A stretch of 64,000 bases of DNA from Nitrospirota bacterium (GCA_963845245.1 CAWJRJ010000011.1:134816-198815); one strand, 5' to 3'. Positions 8,120 through 21,807 are shown, counted from the first letter of the stretch. Made by a program: numbers and translations. The notes: generated from the sequence alone by a model not told the origin.

Positions 8120-9459
8120 CTACACCTTCGGCAGAAGTTCCGCCATTACAAGGCCGGTGAGGAGCTTGGGGTAGAAATAGGTGGACTTCTGCGGCATGAC
8201 CTCGCGCGCAAGGGCCACCTCCTTCACCTCGCGCACCTTCGTCGCGTTCAGCAGGAAGCAGATGTCGAACTCGCCGTTTGCCACCCGCTTTATCGCCAGG
8301 TCGCCGTCTTTTTCGAACTTCACCGGCTGGCTCTCGGCTATCATCTCTGTGTCTATGCCAAGCACCCGCATGATTATCAGCTCGTGGAGGATGGTGACGT
8401 CCAGGTTGCAGTAGACCTCGGAGTACTTGCAGCGCAGAGCCTCCATCACAGGGTCGAGCTCCTTGAGCTTCAGCAGGTAGTATGCCTGCTCGCCCGCGAA
8501 CGTGAAGCCGAAGCAGTGCGCCTTCTTGCCCTGCTTCACAAGGGATTCGAGGAACAGCTTCCTCTGCGAAGGCTCGTAGTCCATCGTGAACGGGAGCTTC
8601 TCTATCGCAAAATATTTCGATGCCCGCTCGAGTATCGTCTCGAGCGACAGGCCCGGCAGGTTCTTCACCAGCCTGTGGGTCGGCAGCACCGTAAGGCCGT
8701 CCTCCTCCATGTTGGCAAGGAACATCGGGACGTAGTTGAACGCCTCGGTGCCGTCCCAATCGCCCCTGCTCGCGGCAGTAGTTACGGAACGCGAGCGCGG
8801 TCTCGTACCTGTGGTGGCCGTCGGCTATGAATATCTTCTTGTCCGCCATCGCCTTGCGCACCGACCCTATGACATCCGGGTCCTTCACCGCCCAGATGCG
8901 GTGATGCGCACCGTCGTCGTCGGTGGCCTCGGCGTCCGCAGGTTTGCCGTGGACGGCTTCCTTCAGGGAGGCGGTGATCTTCTTCTTCGCTCTCGGAATA
9001 AAGCGAGAATATCTGGCTGGTGGATACGCCCGTGACCTTCATCAGCTCGAAGCGGTCCGCCTTTGGCCCCTTCAGCGTTGCCTCGTGCGGAAGGACGACT
9101 TCCTTGTCCCATTCCTCCAGCTTCAAAAGGCATATGAACCCGCACATCCGCTTCGCTTCGCCGGAAGGCGTCTGGTAGTCCACCTCGTAGAAATAGAGCG
9201 CCGGGGCGTCCTCGCGTATCAGCGTCCCCTCCTCCAGCCACTGCTTGATAAACTGTGCCGAACGGGTGTAGCGGTTGTTGCCCGCGGCGTCCCATATCTC
9301 TGCCCTGCCGAAATCCACCCGTACGATGTTCTTCTCGTCCCGCCCGTAGAGCTCGTCCTGGAGCTGGGGGGATATCACGTCATAAGGCGGGGCCACGAGC
9401 TCGTTTAAGTCCAGCCCATCCCCATATCTTATCCCCGAAAAAGCAGCTATCTCCGCCAA
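8120..9459 (-). CDS. DUF1015 family protein (split by indels)
   Basis: APPYDVIS, PHEATL, IADGHHRYETAL, MPQKSTYFYPK across three frames. Confidence 0.85.
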
Positions 9460-9474
9460 TGTCCGATTGCCTCC

Positions 9475-11265
<1,791 letters not shown>

Positions 11266-11287
<22 letters not shown>

Positions 11288-13005
11288 TCCAGGAACTCCT
11301 TTTGTAATTTATCTAAAAGCGCGTAGTCTTTAGTTTCCTCGGCCTGTTTTATCTGAACCTGTAGCTCGTTGAACCTTTTCTGGTGCCTTGCCTGTGAGAA
11401 CCTCTCAACCGCCCCCCTTGCAAAACCCTCCGCATCCTCTATGTCTTCCTTAAGCGCTAGCCGTCCGACAAGTTTCTGCTGTTCATCGTCGAGCGAACAG
11501 ATGAGTTTCGCCACATCTACCGTCCCACCTTCTTTCACTATCCCGAAGACCTTCCTAGCCACCTCTGCCAGTGCCGTGCTCGTGAAATCCTCAGGCACAA
11601 GCTCGCTCACGACCACCTGGGCCGCCTCGGGGTGCTTCAGTATCACCTGAAGGAGCCCTTCCTCTATCCTGTCGAGCGACTCGCCTTTTGGCTTCTCCGG
11701 GCCCTTGTAAAAGCCGGTCCTGCCGGTCTTCTTCCGAAGTTCCTCCGCAAGGGCCGATTCATCCACGGAGAGCTCGTCGGCGGCCATCTTCAGGTAATGG
11801 CTTCGTTCCACGCCGTTCTCGATCTTTGCGAGGATGCCGACTATCCGAAGAGACGCGGCCACCTTGTCTTCTATCGTCTCCGCGCCTTCCGCAGCCCTCT
11901 TTATTACAAAATCAAGCAGTTTGCCCGAAGCCTTAAGCCTCCTGGCCAGCCCCGCCGCGCCTTCCCGCCGCACCAGGCTGTCAGGGTCGTCCCCCTTGGG
12001 GAGGAGCGCCACCTTCGGGACCATGTCGGTGCCCAGGAATATGTCGAGCGTCCTCTCGGCCGCCTTTATTCCCGCCGGGTCTGAATCGAACACCAGAAGC
12101 ACGTTCTTGCTCTGGCGCTTGAGCGCCCGGAGGTGCTGCTGGGTCATCGCCGTGCCCATCGTGGCCACTGCGTTGTCCACGCCCGCCTTGTGGCAGGCGA
12201 TGGCGTCGAAGTAGCCCTCGACTATTACCGAGTAGCCCTTCTTCCTTATGGCCTCCGCGGCCGCGTCCATCGCGTAGAGCGTCTCGCCCTTGTGGAAGAG
12301 CGGGGTCTCCGGCGAGTTCAGGTACTTGGGCATATCGTCGCCCATCGTCCTGCCGCCAAACCCTACAACGCGCCCTCTTATATCCCTTATCGGGAATATC
12401 ACCCTGTCGCGGAAGCGGTCGTACCAGCCGCCGCCCGTCTTCTTTATCGCAAGCCCGGCCTTTTCGGCCATCTCTGGCTGTACGCCTTTCTTCTCAAGGT
12501 GCTTGAGCAGCCCGTCCCATTTAGGCAGGCTGTAGCCGATCGAGAACTTCCCGGCTATCTCGCCCGCCATGTCCCGGGACTCGAGGTATTCCCTCGCCCG
12601 CGCACCATCCTTTGATCCAAGCGCTTTTACGAAAAACTCCAAGGCATCCTGGTTTATCTTCGCCAACGCCTCGTATTCGTCCCTGTTCCTGCTCGCGGCC
12701 GGGTTCGTCTCCGGTATTATTATCCCGGCCCGGTCCGCCAGCCTCCTTACGGCCTCGGGGAAGGTCAGGTTCTCCTGCCTGGTCACAAACCTTACGGCGT
12801 CACCGCCGGCCCCGCAGCCGAAGCAATGGAATATCTGCTTGGACGGGCTGACCGTGAATGACGGCGTCTTTTCCTGGTGGAACGGGCAGAGGCCGAGGTA
12901 GTTTGCGCCAGCCTTCCTCAGGCTGACATACTCCGAAACCAGCTCTACAATATCCGTCCCGGACCGTACCCGGTCGATAATCTCGTCAGGTATAAGACCG
13001 TCCAA
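11266..13005 (-). CDS. dnaG: DNA primase
   Basis: CPFH..CFGC zinc finger, KYLNSPET, TOPRIM EGYFD/DSD. Confidence 0.97.
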
Positions 13006-13076
13006 ATGGGCACCCGACCTTTAATCCATCTAATTTAAGTATATCAAAAATAACAAAAAAACACTTTTATGGGCCG

Positions 13077-15458
13077 TTAGCCCCTGAACTCGACCACCGT
13101 CACGGCGTCCCCGCCATCTTCGAATGCGGGATGCCTGTAGGAGCTGATTGCAGGGTTCGCCTTCAAGCTCTCCCAGACGGCCTTCCTTAGCGCCCCGGTA
13201 CCCCTGCCGTGCACGATGCGGGCCTGGTTCATACCCGACAAAAGGCACTGGTCGAGGAACTTCTCGACCCGCTCCATCGCTTCATCAATGTGCTGGCCTA
13301 TGATGTTCAACTCGATGGCGCTTCCGGTGTAGTCGTCGCCGTCGTTCTCCCGGGTAAGCAGATACGCGCCTGTAGAAGCCGGCTTGGCCGCCTGTTTTAC
13401 GGCACTGGTATGTTCAAGCTCGTCTACCCCTATCGTCACCTTCATGGTGTCGAGCTGCACCACGACCAGGCCCTTTTCCTTCTTTATGCCAAGGACCTTG
13501 CCGGATTTCCTGTATTTAAGCACCTTTACGGTATCGCCCACCGAAAGGGACTCTATCTTGAGTCCGCTCTTTTCAGGAGCTGGCGTGGTCTCTTCAGTTT
13601 CGAGCTCGGCCTTCAAGGCCTGGACCTCGTCGGCCTTTTTCTTAACCTCGCCTCTGTCTGCCTGTTTTTTGCCCAGTTCGTCCAGTTCGCGGAGTTTTAC
13701 ACGTAACGACGAAAGGAGCGAGCTTGCCTTCTCCTTCGCCTTCCTTACCGCCTCGCGGCGCTCCTCCTCGGCCCTTTTTACGAGTTCCTGGAGTCTGGCC
13801 TTCTCTTCCCTGGCCTGTATGACCTCCTGCGCGGCCTTCCGTCTGTCCTCACGTGCCGCCTGCGCCTCTTTTTCCAGCCGCTCGATCAGGGTGTCCAGCT
13901 CGACCTGGTCTGCGTTTCGGGTCTTTGCGGCGGCGTCCACAACTGCCTTCGGCATCCCAAGCCGCTGTGCGATAAGCAGCGCGTTGCTCCTGCCCGGCCT
14001 GCCAACAAGAAGGCGGTAGGTCGGCTGGAGGCTTTCAGAGTCGAACTCGACCGACGCGTTCATCACGCCCGGCGTATTTGCCGCGAACACCTTAAGCGCG
14101 CCGTGGTGAGTGGTAACCACCACCTTCGCGCCGCGCCTGTGCAGCTCCTCGAGTATTGCAACGCCTAGGGCCGAGCCCTCGGCCGGGTCTGTGCCCGCGC
14201 CAAGCTCGTCAAGGAGCACCAGCGTGTTCCTGCCCGCCTTCGCCAGCAGCCGTACTATCTGGCTGATGTGCGAGGAGAAGGTGCTGAGGCTCTGCTCCAG
14301 GCTCTGCTCGTCCCCGATGTCGGAGAATATGTCCTCAAATACCGAGACGACGCTGTCCGGCGAGGCCGGTATCAGCATGCCCGCCTGCGCCATAAGGCAG
14401 AGCAGGCCTATAGTCTTTAATGCTACCGTCTTGCCGCCGGTGTTCGGGCCCGTCACCACGAGGGACGTGAACTCGCGCCCGAGTTTCATGTCGAGCGGCA
14501 CCGTGGAGGAAGCGCCTTTCGCCTTGATAAGGAGCGGGTGCTTCGCGCCCTTAAGCTCGATCACACCGTTTGCCGCAAGCGCCGGCATTGAAGCGCCTAT
14601 CGCGTTTGCGTACGCGGCCTTCGCATATATTACGTCAAGCTCGATGAGCCCGGCGAACGACGCCGAAAGGGCTTCGCCCACCTCTCTTACCGTAGCCGTC
14701 AACTGCCAGAGTATCCGTTCGACTTCCCGCTTCTCGTCCACTTTCATCTGGACAAGGCGGTTGTTCAGCTCCACCGTCTTCTCTGGCTCCACGAAGACCG
14801 TAGAGCCGGAGGTGGAGTGGTCATGCACTATCCCCTGGAGGTAGAGCTTGAAGTTCGGTTTGAGCGGCAGTACGTAGCGGTCGCCCCGCATCGTTATTAT
14901 CGGTTCCTGGACCGCCTTGCCATACGCGGGGCTCTGGATTATCTCTTCCAGTTCCTTGTTTATCCGGGAGCGGGTCTGTGCAAGGCTCCTGCGGATGCGC
15001 TTCAACTCAAAACTCGCAGAGTCGAGCACCTCGCCTTCGCTGCTTATGGCGTGGTTTATCTCAAACTCCAGCGGCTCGAACACACCTAGAGTGGCCGCCC
15101 TGGCTGAAAGCAGCGGGCATTCCTGTCTCGCCTTCGAGAGCGCGCCCTTTATAAGCCGCGACGTCCTGGCTACGGATAGTATATCAAGGAACTCTTCAGG
15201 CCTGAGCGCGGCGCCTTCCACTGCGGACTTCTTCAGCGGGACAGTTATGTCCTTAAGACCCGATATGGGGAAGTCGCGCCGGGCCTCTAAGTATCTCCGT
15301 AACTCTTCGGCCTCTTTAAGGGAACGCTCGACCTCTTTCGGGTCGGAAGACGGGATAATCGTCTCCGCCGCAGCCCGGCCCGGTTCCGATGATGCATGGC
15401 CGGCAAGCAGGTCGCGTACCTTATAAAATTCCAATACCCTTAGGGTATGTTCATCCAT
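13077..15458 (-). CDS. mutS2: MutS2 endonuclease/ATPase
   Basis: TGPNTGGKT, DELGAGTDP, C-terminal Smr HGRGTG. Confidence 0.95.
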   Translation of the reverse strand: MDEHTLRVLEFYKVRDLLAGHASSEPGRAAAETIIPSSDPKEVERSLKEAEELRRYLEARRDFPISGLKDITVPLKKSAVEGAALRPEEFLDILSVARTSRLIKGALSKARQECPLLSARAATLGVFEPLEFEINHAISSEGEVLDSASFELKRIRRSLAQTRSRINKELEEIIQSPAYGKAVQEPIITMRGDRYVLPLKPNFKLYLQGIVHDHSTSGSTVFVEPEKTVELNNRLVQMKVDEKREVERILWQLTATVREVGEALSASFAGLIELDVIYAKAAYANAIGASMPALAANGVIELKGAKHPLLIKAKGASSTVPLDMKLGREFTSLVVTGPNTGGKTVALKTIGLLCLMAQAGMLIPASPDSVVSVFEDIFSDIGDEQSLEQSLSTFSSHISQIVRLLAKAGRNTLVLLDELGAGTDPAEGSALGVAILEELHRRGAKVVVTTHHGALKVFAANTPGVMNASVEFDSESLQPTYRLLVGRPGRSNALLIAQRLGMPKAVVDAAAKTRNADQVELDTLIERLEKEAQAAREDRRKAAQEVIQAREEKARLQELVKRAEEERREAVRKAKEKASSLLSSLRVKLRELDELGKKQADRGEVKKKADEVQALKAELETEETTPAPEKSGLKIESLSVGDTVKVLKYRKSGKVLGIKKEKGLVVVQLDTMKVTIGVDELEHTSAVKQAAKPASTGAYLLTRENDGDDYTGSAIELNIIGQHIDEAMERVEKFLDQCLLSGMNQARIVHGRGTGALRKAVWESLKANPAISSYRHPAFEDGGDAVTVVEFRG

Positions 15459-15515
15459 TTTAAAAAATCATAAGGGGCGCCCCCTTCATGAGTGCCCCCC
15501 TTTCAAAAGCAGACC

Positions 15516-15607
15516 TTACTTTTCTTTCACGTGAAAGAAAAGTAACAAAAGAAAGCGAATTTAATAACGAAAGTTTTTGGCTCCACCTTTTTTCCCAAAA
15601 AGGCGGA
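15516..15607. repeat. A/T-rich hairpin+mirror-tail repeat, inverted pair
   Basis: 30-bp palindrome 15516-15545 plus tail CAAAAGAAAG; partner 15574-15607. Confidence 0.85.
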
Positions 15608-15614
15608 AAGACCC

Positions 15615-16058
15615 TCAACCTAATAATTCTTTTACCAGCTCGTTTACGAGCTTGCCGTCCGCCTTGCCCTTCACCTTCGGCATGAGCGCCTTCATAACCT
15701 TGCCCATGTCCTTCGCGCCCGCGGCCCCGGTCTCGGCTATAGCTTCCTTTATAAAGGCCGCGACCTCGTCTTTTGAGAGCTGCTGCGGCAGGTATTCTTG
15801 TATTATAACCAGCTCCGCCTTCTCCTTGTCCGCCAGGTCCTGGCGGCCACCCTTCTCGTACTGCTCGATCGAGTCGCGGCGCTGTTTGGCGGCGGTGTTA
15901 AGGACGGACAGTACACCCTCGTCGTCCAGCTCCTTGCGCTCGTCTATCTCCTTGTTCTTGATCGAGGAGGTAATAAGGCGAAGTGTTGACAGCTTCAACT
16001 CGGCACGCGCCTTCATGGCCGCTACGAGGTCGGCTCTGAGCTTCTCTTTTATTGACAC
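15615..16058 (-). CDS. yqeY: GatB/YqeY domain protein
   Basis: AMKA...KQRRDSIEQY...YLPQQLS...DMGKVM. Confidence 0.92.
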   Translation of the reverse strand: MSIKEKLRADLVAAMKARAELKLSTLRLITSSIKNKEIDERKELDDEGVLSVLNTAAKQRRDSIEQYEKGGRQDLADKEKAELVIIQEYLPQQLSKDEVAAFIKEAIAETGAAGAKDMGKVMKALMPKVKGKADGKLVNELVKELLG

Positions 16059-16134
16059 ATCACACCTTTATCTTGTTGAATTTTCTGGAAAAACACTGGT
16101 TCAGGATGTGCGCATACTCTAAGTTTAGGCAGGA

Positions 16135-16163
16135 AGTATACTCGGGGGGAACAGAGAAGTCAA
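16135..16163 (-). promoter_or_regulatory. Promoter of yqeY-mutS2-dnaG-rpoD
   Basis: TTGACT-N17-TATACT. Confidence 0.65.
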
Positions 16164-16188
16164 GCGCACGGGAAAGATAATTTTATTT

Positions 16189-16848
16189 TTATTTCTGTCT
16201 CGCCTTTAGTTCCTTATATACCTCGGATACCTCGACCCCCGACTCCGCAAGCATCACGAGGGTGTGATAGAGCAGGTCAGCCGTCTCTCCGACGATCTCC
16301 TTCTTCGAGCCGTTCTTCGCGGCGATTACCACCTCGGCAGACTCCTCGCCCACCTTCTTCAGGATCTTGTCCAGTCCTTCGTCAAAGAGCTTGTTGGTGT
16401 ACGAGCCTTCCTTCGGGCTGGTCTTCCTGCCCTTTATCGTCGTGAACAGCTTGTCCAGGACGTCGCTACCGGAATAAACGTCCGATACCTCGAACACCTT
16501 CTCCCCGGCCTCGCGTATCCCGTCCGCCTCGATCTTGGTATAGAAGCAGCTCCGGTTCCCGGTATGGCACGCGCCGCCCTTCTGGATAACCTTGAAAAGC
16601 AGGCAGTCGGCGTCGCAGTCGTAGGAGGCCTCCTTTACGGCCTGGGTGTGGCCTGAGGTCTCGCCTTTGAGCCAGAGCTTGCCGCGCGAACGGCTCCAGT
16701 AGGTGCAAAGCCCGGTCTCAAGCGTCTTTTCCAGCGATTCCCGGTTCATGAAGGCCATCATCAGGACCTCGCCGTTCTCGAAAGTCCTGCACGATTGCGG
16801 GGATGAGGCCGTTGCGTCGAATTTCAATGTATTTATGTCGAACATCAT
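16189..16848 (-). CDS. hisIE: Bifunctional PR-AMP cyclohydrolase/PR-ATP pyrophosphatase
   Basis: [25 protein letters not shown]; compensating indel pair near N-terminus. Confidence 0.93.
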   Translation of the reverse strand: MMFDINTLKFDATASSPQSCRTFENGEVLMMAFMNRESLEKTLETGLCTYWSRSRGKLWLKGETSGHTQAVKEASYDCDADCLLFKVIQKGGACHTGNRSCFYTKIEADGIREAGEKVFEVSDVYSGSDVLDKLFTTIKGRKTSPKEGSYTNKLFDEGLDKILKKVGEESAEVVIAAKNGSKKEIVGETADLLYHTLVMLAESGVEVSEVYKELKARQK

Positions 16849-16861
16849 TACCTCTTTATTA

Positions 16862-17018
16862 GCTTCTCGGGCTCGCTCCCGGCGATTCTCTCGGGTATTT
16901 CTAAGCTCGCTCACTGCGCCAGCAAAAACTCGCTTCGCTCAGACAGTTTGCTGTCGCAACGCTCACTTCACTAACAAATACCAACTCGGTCATCGCAAGT
17001 GCGCTCGCGCCAAGAGGC
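16862..17018. repeat. Long imperfect hairpin, related in inverted orientation to 36005-36182
   Basis: Shared core CTAAGCTCGC..TGCGCCAG.AAAAACTCGCTT.GCTCAGACAGTTT. Confidence 0.75.
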
Positions 17019-17024
17019 GTTGGC

Positions 17025-17507
17025 TTATAATTTATATCCTATCTTCCTCAGAAACTCTTTGCGCTCCTTAACATCGGCCGGCCCCTCGACGCCTTTCGGC
17101 GGGAAGCCGTCCACCACGCCCATTATGCCGCGACCCATCTCGGTCTGGGCGACTATCACCTCGACCGGGTTCGCCGTGGCGCAGAATATGTTCGCCACCT
17201 CCGGGCAGGCCTTAATCGCGTTCAGCACGTTTATCGGGAAGCAGTCCTTCATGACTATGCAGAAGGAATGCCCGCAGGCGATGCTCTTTATGTTCTCTAT
17301 CGCGGCGGCCTTCATGATCGCGTCGTTACCCTCGGCGCGTATCAGGCATGGCCCGGAGGCCTCAGAGAACGCGACACCGAATTTGCCCGCCGGTACACCC
17401 GACACCATTATTTCGTACAAGTCCTCTGCCGTCTTTATGAAATGGCTCTGCCCGAGGATTATGTTGCAGTTCTCAGGGATTGCAAGCTTGACTGCGTGAA
17501 AGTCCAT
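17025..17507 (-). CDS. Adenosine-specific kinase family (DUF355)
   Basis: NIILGQSHFIKT, FSEASG, CATANP, GRGIMGVVDG. Confidence 0.88.
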   Translation of the reverse strand: MDFHAVKLAIPENCNIILGQSHFIKTAEDLYEIMVSGVPAGKFGVAFSEASGPCLIRAEGNDAIMKAAAIENIKSIACGHSFCIVMKDCFPINVLNAIKACPEVANIFCATANPVEVIVAQTEMGRGIMGVVDGFPPKGVEGPADVKERKEFLRKIGYKL

Positions 17508-17525
17508 AAGATCCTCCCTTAGACC

Positions 17526-17612
17526 GTACTTTTCTTTCATTTGAAAGAAAAGTACCAAAAGAAAGCTATGCCAAGTTTTTTGGCGCACACCTTTTTTACA
17601 AAAAAGGTGGCG
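17526..17612. repeat. A/T-rich hairpin+mirror-tail repeat, inverted pair
   Basis: GTACTTTTCTTTCA-TT-TGAAAGAAAAGTAC-CAAAAGAAAG; partner 17576-17612. Confidence 0.85.
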
Positions 17613-17614
17613 GT

Positions 17615-18484
17615 TTAAAGTCTTACCGGAACGCCGCGACCTTGCAGGTATTCCTTCGCTTCCCTGATAGTATATTCCTTGTAATGGAATATCGAGGCCG
17701 CGAGCGCCGCGTCCGCGCGCCCCTTCTCGAAGCCGTCATATATGTGCTCAAGGTTGCCGACGCCGCCCGAGGCTATCACCGGGATACCGACCGCTTCCGA
17801 TACCGCGCGCGTAAGCTCAAGGTCGTACCCGTTCTTCTGGCCGTCCTGGTCCATCGAGGTCAGCAGTATCTCGCCCGCGCCGAACTCCTCCATCTTCACC
17901 GCCCAAGCCACCGCATCGATATATACCGGCTTGCGGCCGCCGTGCGTGAACAGCTCCCAGTGGATGCCGTTTCCGTCCATGCCCTGGAAGAAGAGGTTCC
18001 GAAGCTCGTCGTCGTGGCACCACGTCAGCTTATCCGCCACTTCCTCTATCTGCTTTGCGCGTACGCTGTCATCCACCGGCTCGGTGCGCTTCGCGTCGAT
18101 CGCCACCACGATGCACTGGCTCCCGAACCGCTCCGCCGCTGCCTTGATGAACCGCGGGTCGTAGACCGCAGATGTGTTGATGGACACCTTGTCGCAGCCT
18201 GCCAGCAGAAGCTCGCGGATGTCGTCGAGCGTCTTGATACCGCCGCCCACCGTGAGCGGCATGAACACCTGCTCCGATGTGCGCTTCACCACGTCGAGGA
18301 TGATGCCCCGCTTCTCGTGCGAGGCGGTGATGTCGAGGAACGTCAGCTCGTCCGCGCCCTGCTCGTCGTACGCCTTGGCCACCTCTACCGGGTCGCCCGC
18401 GTCGCGCAGGTTGACGAAGCTCACACCCTTTACAACGCGCCCGTCCTTGACATCAAGACAGGGGATAATTCTACGTGCCAGCAT
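17615..18484 (-). CDS. hisF: IGP synthase cyclase subunit with ~30-aa insertion
   Basis: [24 protein letters not shown]. Confidence 0.96.
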   Translation of the reverse strand: MLARRIIPCLDVKDGRVVKGVSFVNLRDAGDPVEVAKAYDEQGADELTFLDITASHEKRGIILDVVKRTSEQVFMPLTVGGGIKTLDDIRELLLAGCDKVSINTSAVYDPRFIKAAAERFGSQCIVVAIDAKRTEPVDDSVRAKQIEEVADKLTWCHDDELRNLFFQGMDGNGIHWELFTHGGRKPVYIDAVAWAVKMEEFGAGEILLTSMDQDGQKNGYDLELTRAVSEAVGIPVIASGGVGNLEHIYDGFEKGRADAALAASIFHYKEYTIREAKEYLQGRGVPVRL

Positions 18485-18501
18485 AAAAACCTCTATTAAA
18501 G

Positions 18502-18537
18502 TTCTTTGGCGCTACCTTTCTTTCAAGAAAGGTGGCG
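18502..18537. repeat. A/T-rich hairpin+mirror-tail repeat, single
   Basis: TTCTTTGG-CGCTACCTTTCTT-TC-AAGAAAGGTGGCG. Confidence 0.8.
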
Positions 18538-18540
18538 AAG

Positions 18541-19269
18541 TTATTTCTTTTTTGTTATCGCGATGGCCTCTTTCAGGTCCATCGTGCCCTCGTATATGGC
18601 CTTGCCGGTGATGACGCCCTCGATGCCCATGTGCTCGACCACCATCAGACCCTTTACATCGTCGATGTCCTTCACGCCGCCGGACGCGATAATGGGCACA
18701 TGCACGTGCTGCGCGAGCGCCATCGTCGCATCTATGTTATGCCCGGTCAGCATCCCGTCGCGGCTGATGTCGGTGTATATGATGGCCCGGACGCCCGCGT
18801 CCTCCATCTTCTTCGCGAGGTCGAACACCTTTACGGTGGATACGTCGCCCCAGCCGCGTACCGCGACCATGCCGTTTTTCGCGTCGATGCCGGCCACGAT
18901 CCTGCCCGGGTACTTCTTGCAGGCCAGGACCATCAGGCCCGGCACTTCGAGCGCGGCCGTACCGAGGATAACCCTCGACACACCAAGCCCTAGCAGCTTG
19001 TCTATGGTGACCAGATCACGTATGCCGCCGCCGACCTCTATGGGCACGCTTACCGCGGCGACGATGGACTTGATCGAGTCCAGGTTCTTGGGCTGGCCCG
19101 CAAAGGCGCCGTCAAGGTCGACAACATGGATAAGTTCCGCACCCTGGTCCTGGAACACCCTGGCTTGAGCTGCCGGGCTGTCGGAATAAACCGTGGCATC
19201 TTCCATCCTGCCCTGAAGCAGCCTTACACACTTGCCTTCCTTCAGGTCGATTGCAGGTATTATGATCAT
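18541..19269 (-). CDS. hisA: ProFAR isomerase
   Basis: [22 protein letters not shown]. Confidence 0.96.
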   Translation of the reverse strand: MIIIPAIDLKEGKCVRLLQGRMEDATVYSDSPAAQARVFQDQGAELIHVVDLDGAFAGQPKNLDSIKSIVAAVSVPIEVGGGIRDLVTIDKLLGLGVSRVILGTAALEVPGLMVLACKKYPGRIVAGIDAKNGMVAVRGWGDVSTVKVFDLAKKMEDAGVRAIIYTDISRDGMLTGHNIDATMALAQHVHVPIIASGGVKDIDDVKGLMVVEHMGIEGVITGKAIYEGTMDLKEAIAITKKK

Positions 19270-19892
19270 TTAAGTCCTCCGAACCTTTTTAGAATCCTTA
19301 GTCCTAGTTCCTGGCTCTTCTCCGGGTGAAACTGTGTGGCGAAGATATTGTCCTTCCATATGCTCGACACGAACTCTATGCCGTAGTTCGTCGTCGTGGC
19401 CGCTACGGACGGGTCCGTGGGAGACACATAGTATGAATGCACGAAATAGAAGTACCCGCCGTCCGGCACATCCTCCAGGTGGGGCGCTTTCCTCTTAATA
19501 TTGATCTTATTCCAGCCCATGTGGGGTATTTTATAGATGTCTTCGGTGTTATTTGCCACCTCGGAGGGGAAACGCACCACCCTGCCGGGAATAATCCCAA
19601 GGCCCTTGTGGATGCCGAACTCCTCGCCCTCTTCAAACAAGAGCTGCAAACCCAGGCAGATGCCCATGAACGGGCGGCCGGAATCTATCACCTTATGCAC
19701 GGTATCGACTAGCCCCATGTCGGTGAGGTTCTTCATGCAGTCGGCGAACGCGCCCACACCGGGCAGCACCACGTGGCTTGCGTCGAGTATCGTCTTGGGG
19801 TCGGATGTGACCACTGCATCGTGGCCCACCTTCTCCAGGCCCTTCTGGACGCTACGGAGGTTGCCCATGCCGTAATCTATTATCGCGATCAT
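19266..19892 (-). CDS. hisH: IGP synthase glutaminase subunit
   Basis: DYGMGN, GICLG, QFHPEKS. Confidence 0.96.
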   Translation of the reverse strand: MIAIIDYGMGNLRSVQKGLEKVGHDAVVTSDPKTILDASHVVLPGVGAFADCMKNLTDMGLVDTVHKVIDSGRPFMGICLGLQLLFEEGEEFGIHKGLGIIPGRVVRFPSEVANNTEDIYKIPHMGWNKINIKRKAPHLEDVPDGGYFYFVHSYYVSPTDPSVAATTTNYGIEFVSSIWKDNIFATQFHPEKSQELGLRILKRFGGLK

Positions 19893-19957
19893 ACTATCAT
19901 CTCCAGTAACGCCCCCTCAGTCCTCCTCTTATGTCTAAGAGGGTATAGGGGGATTTA

Positions 19958-20545
19958 TTATAGAAGGCCTTTTGTGGAAGGGATTTCCGTGCTCCTGCCG
20001 TCTATGCTTGTCGCGCTGTCCATCGCGCGCCCGAAGGCTTTGAACACAGCCTCTATTATGTGGTGCAGGTTGTCCCCGTACGGCACGTTTATGTGCAACG
20101 TAATACCTGCGTGGTTTGTGACGGCCTTGAAGAAGTCGTACGCAAGCTCCACGTCGAAGTCGCCCACCTTGCCCTTTGGCATCTTCACGTTATAGACAAG
20201 GCCGGGCCTGCCTGAGATATCCAGTACGGCCTCGGCAAGCGTCTCGTCCATCGGCACCTTGGACTCACCGAAGCGGCGTATGCCCGCCATGTCGCCGAGC
20301 GCCTGCTTGAAGGCCTGCCCCAGCACGATGCCGACATCCTCGACGGTGTGGTGGTAGTCTATCTCGATGTCGCCCTTCGCGTGTATGTGCAGGTCGAAGT
20401 GGCCGTGCTTCGCCATCAGCGAGAGCATGTGGTCGAGGAAGGGCACCGAGGTCTTGACCTCGTACTTGCCGGTACCGTCGATAACCAATGACAGGTTTAT
20501 GTCGGTCTCGTTCGTCTTCCTCTGTATCGTTGCGCTTCGAGTCAT
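19958..20545 (-). CDS. hisB: Imidazoleglycerol-phosphate dehydratase
   Basis: [20 protein letters not shown]. Confidence 0.96.
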   Translation of the reverse strand: MTRSATIQRKTNETDINLSLVIDGTGKYEVKTSVPFLDHMLSLMAKHGHFDLHIHAKGDIEIDYHHTVEDVGIVLGQAFKQALGDMAGIRRFGESKVPMDETLAEAVLDISGRPGLVYNVKMPKGKVGDFDVELAYDFFKAVTNHAGITLHINVPYGDNLHHIIEAVFKAFGRAMDSATSIDGRSTEIPSTKGLL

Positions 20546-20597
20546 TATGCCTCCTGAAAGACAAGAAAAAGGCTAGTACGGATGCAGGAATACCTGC

Positions 20598-20716
20598 TAA
20601 AGGGATATATAATTTTGTAAGCCATCGTAGTCATCCGCGTCAAGAACTTTTAACTATAATTGCAATGCGCATCACGCGGCTTCCGGACGATGTCTTAAAA
20701 ATTACATGTCCCTTTA
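20598..20716. repeat. Long imperfect inverted repeat between hisC and hisB
   Basis: TAAAGGGA/TCCCTTTA, TAATTTT/AAAATTA, CATCGT/ACGATG, CCGCGT/ACGCGG nested. Confidence 0.7.
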
Positions 20717-20736
20717 ACCGATATCAATTCAACAAT

Positions 20737-21796
20737 TCAGGCTGCCAGTTCTTTTAAAACTTTAAGGAACTCAGCGTTCTCGTCCGGCGTGCCGACCGTC
20801 ACACGCAGGCAGTCCGCAAGCGGGCCGGGCGAGTCCATGTTGCGTATCAGGATACCGCGCTCCTTGAGGCCCTCGAAGATCCTGCCCGCACCGGCCACCC
20901 TGAATAAAATAAAGTTCGTCTTCGACGGATATGCCGTGATACCCTCCATCCCGGACAACTCCGTGAAAAGTTTCTCACGTTCATCAATGAGCTTTGCGAC
21001 CTGCGAGTCTATCACGTCGCGGCGCCTTAGTATAACCTCGGCGGCCGCCTGTGACAGGCTGTTCAGGTTATAGGGCAACCGCACCTTGTTTACCTCTGTC
21101 GTAACGTCCCTGCCCGCGGCCATTATACCGACACGAAGGCCAGCCATGCCGATCTTGGAAAGCGTCCGAAGCACTATAAGGTTCGGGTACTCGTTTATGT
21201 CATTTATAAAGCTATCGCCAGAGAAGCTGTTGTATGCCTCGTCCACGACCACTATGCCCCATGTGCCCGCGATCAGCCTGCGCACCTTGTCGCGGTCGAA
21301 CAGGTTCCCGGTCGGGTTGTTCGGGATATGCGAGGAAAAGCACCTTCGGCTTTTTCTCCATGAGCATCTTCAGAGTACCGTCGAAGTCTATGTCGAACGA
21401 GTCCGTCAAGGGTATCTCCAGCGACCTCCTGGCCCAAGCCTTAGCGATGATGCCGTACATCGAGAACGTCGGGACGGGGTATGCGATAAGACCGGGCGAG
21501 CCGCCGAAGGCAGAGATTATCATCCCGATTATCTCGTCCGAGCCGTTCCCCAGCGTGAGCATATCAGCCGGGACGCCCAGGTATTCGCTGAGCATGGCCT
21601 TCAGACGCTTCGCCTCCGGGTCGGGGTAGCGGTTCACCGCCACATCCGCCATAGTCTCCGCAAGCTCGCGCCGCAGATCCTCCGGCAGCAGGTACGGGTT
21701 CTCCATCGCGTCAAGCTTCACACGCGCCTGCACGTCCTCTATGGCGTACGCCTTCAGCGCCGCGACTTCTTTTTTAACTAAGAGCTTGATGTCCAT
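20737..21796 (-). CDS. hisC: Histidinol-phosphate aminotransferase (indel near 21325)
   Basis: NRYPD, GNGSDE, VVDEAY, RTLSKIGMAGLRVG. Confidence 0.93.
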
Positions 21797-21807
21797 TTTA
21801 ATTTTGT

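Noticed and set aside
20598..20716. 6S RNA
   Set aside because: Too short and lacks a large central bubble
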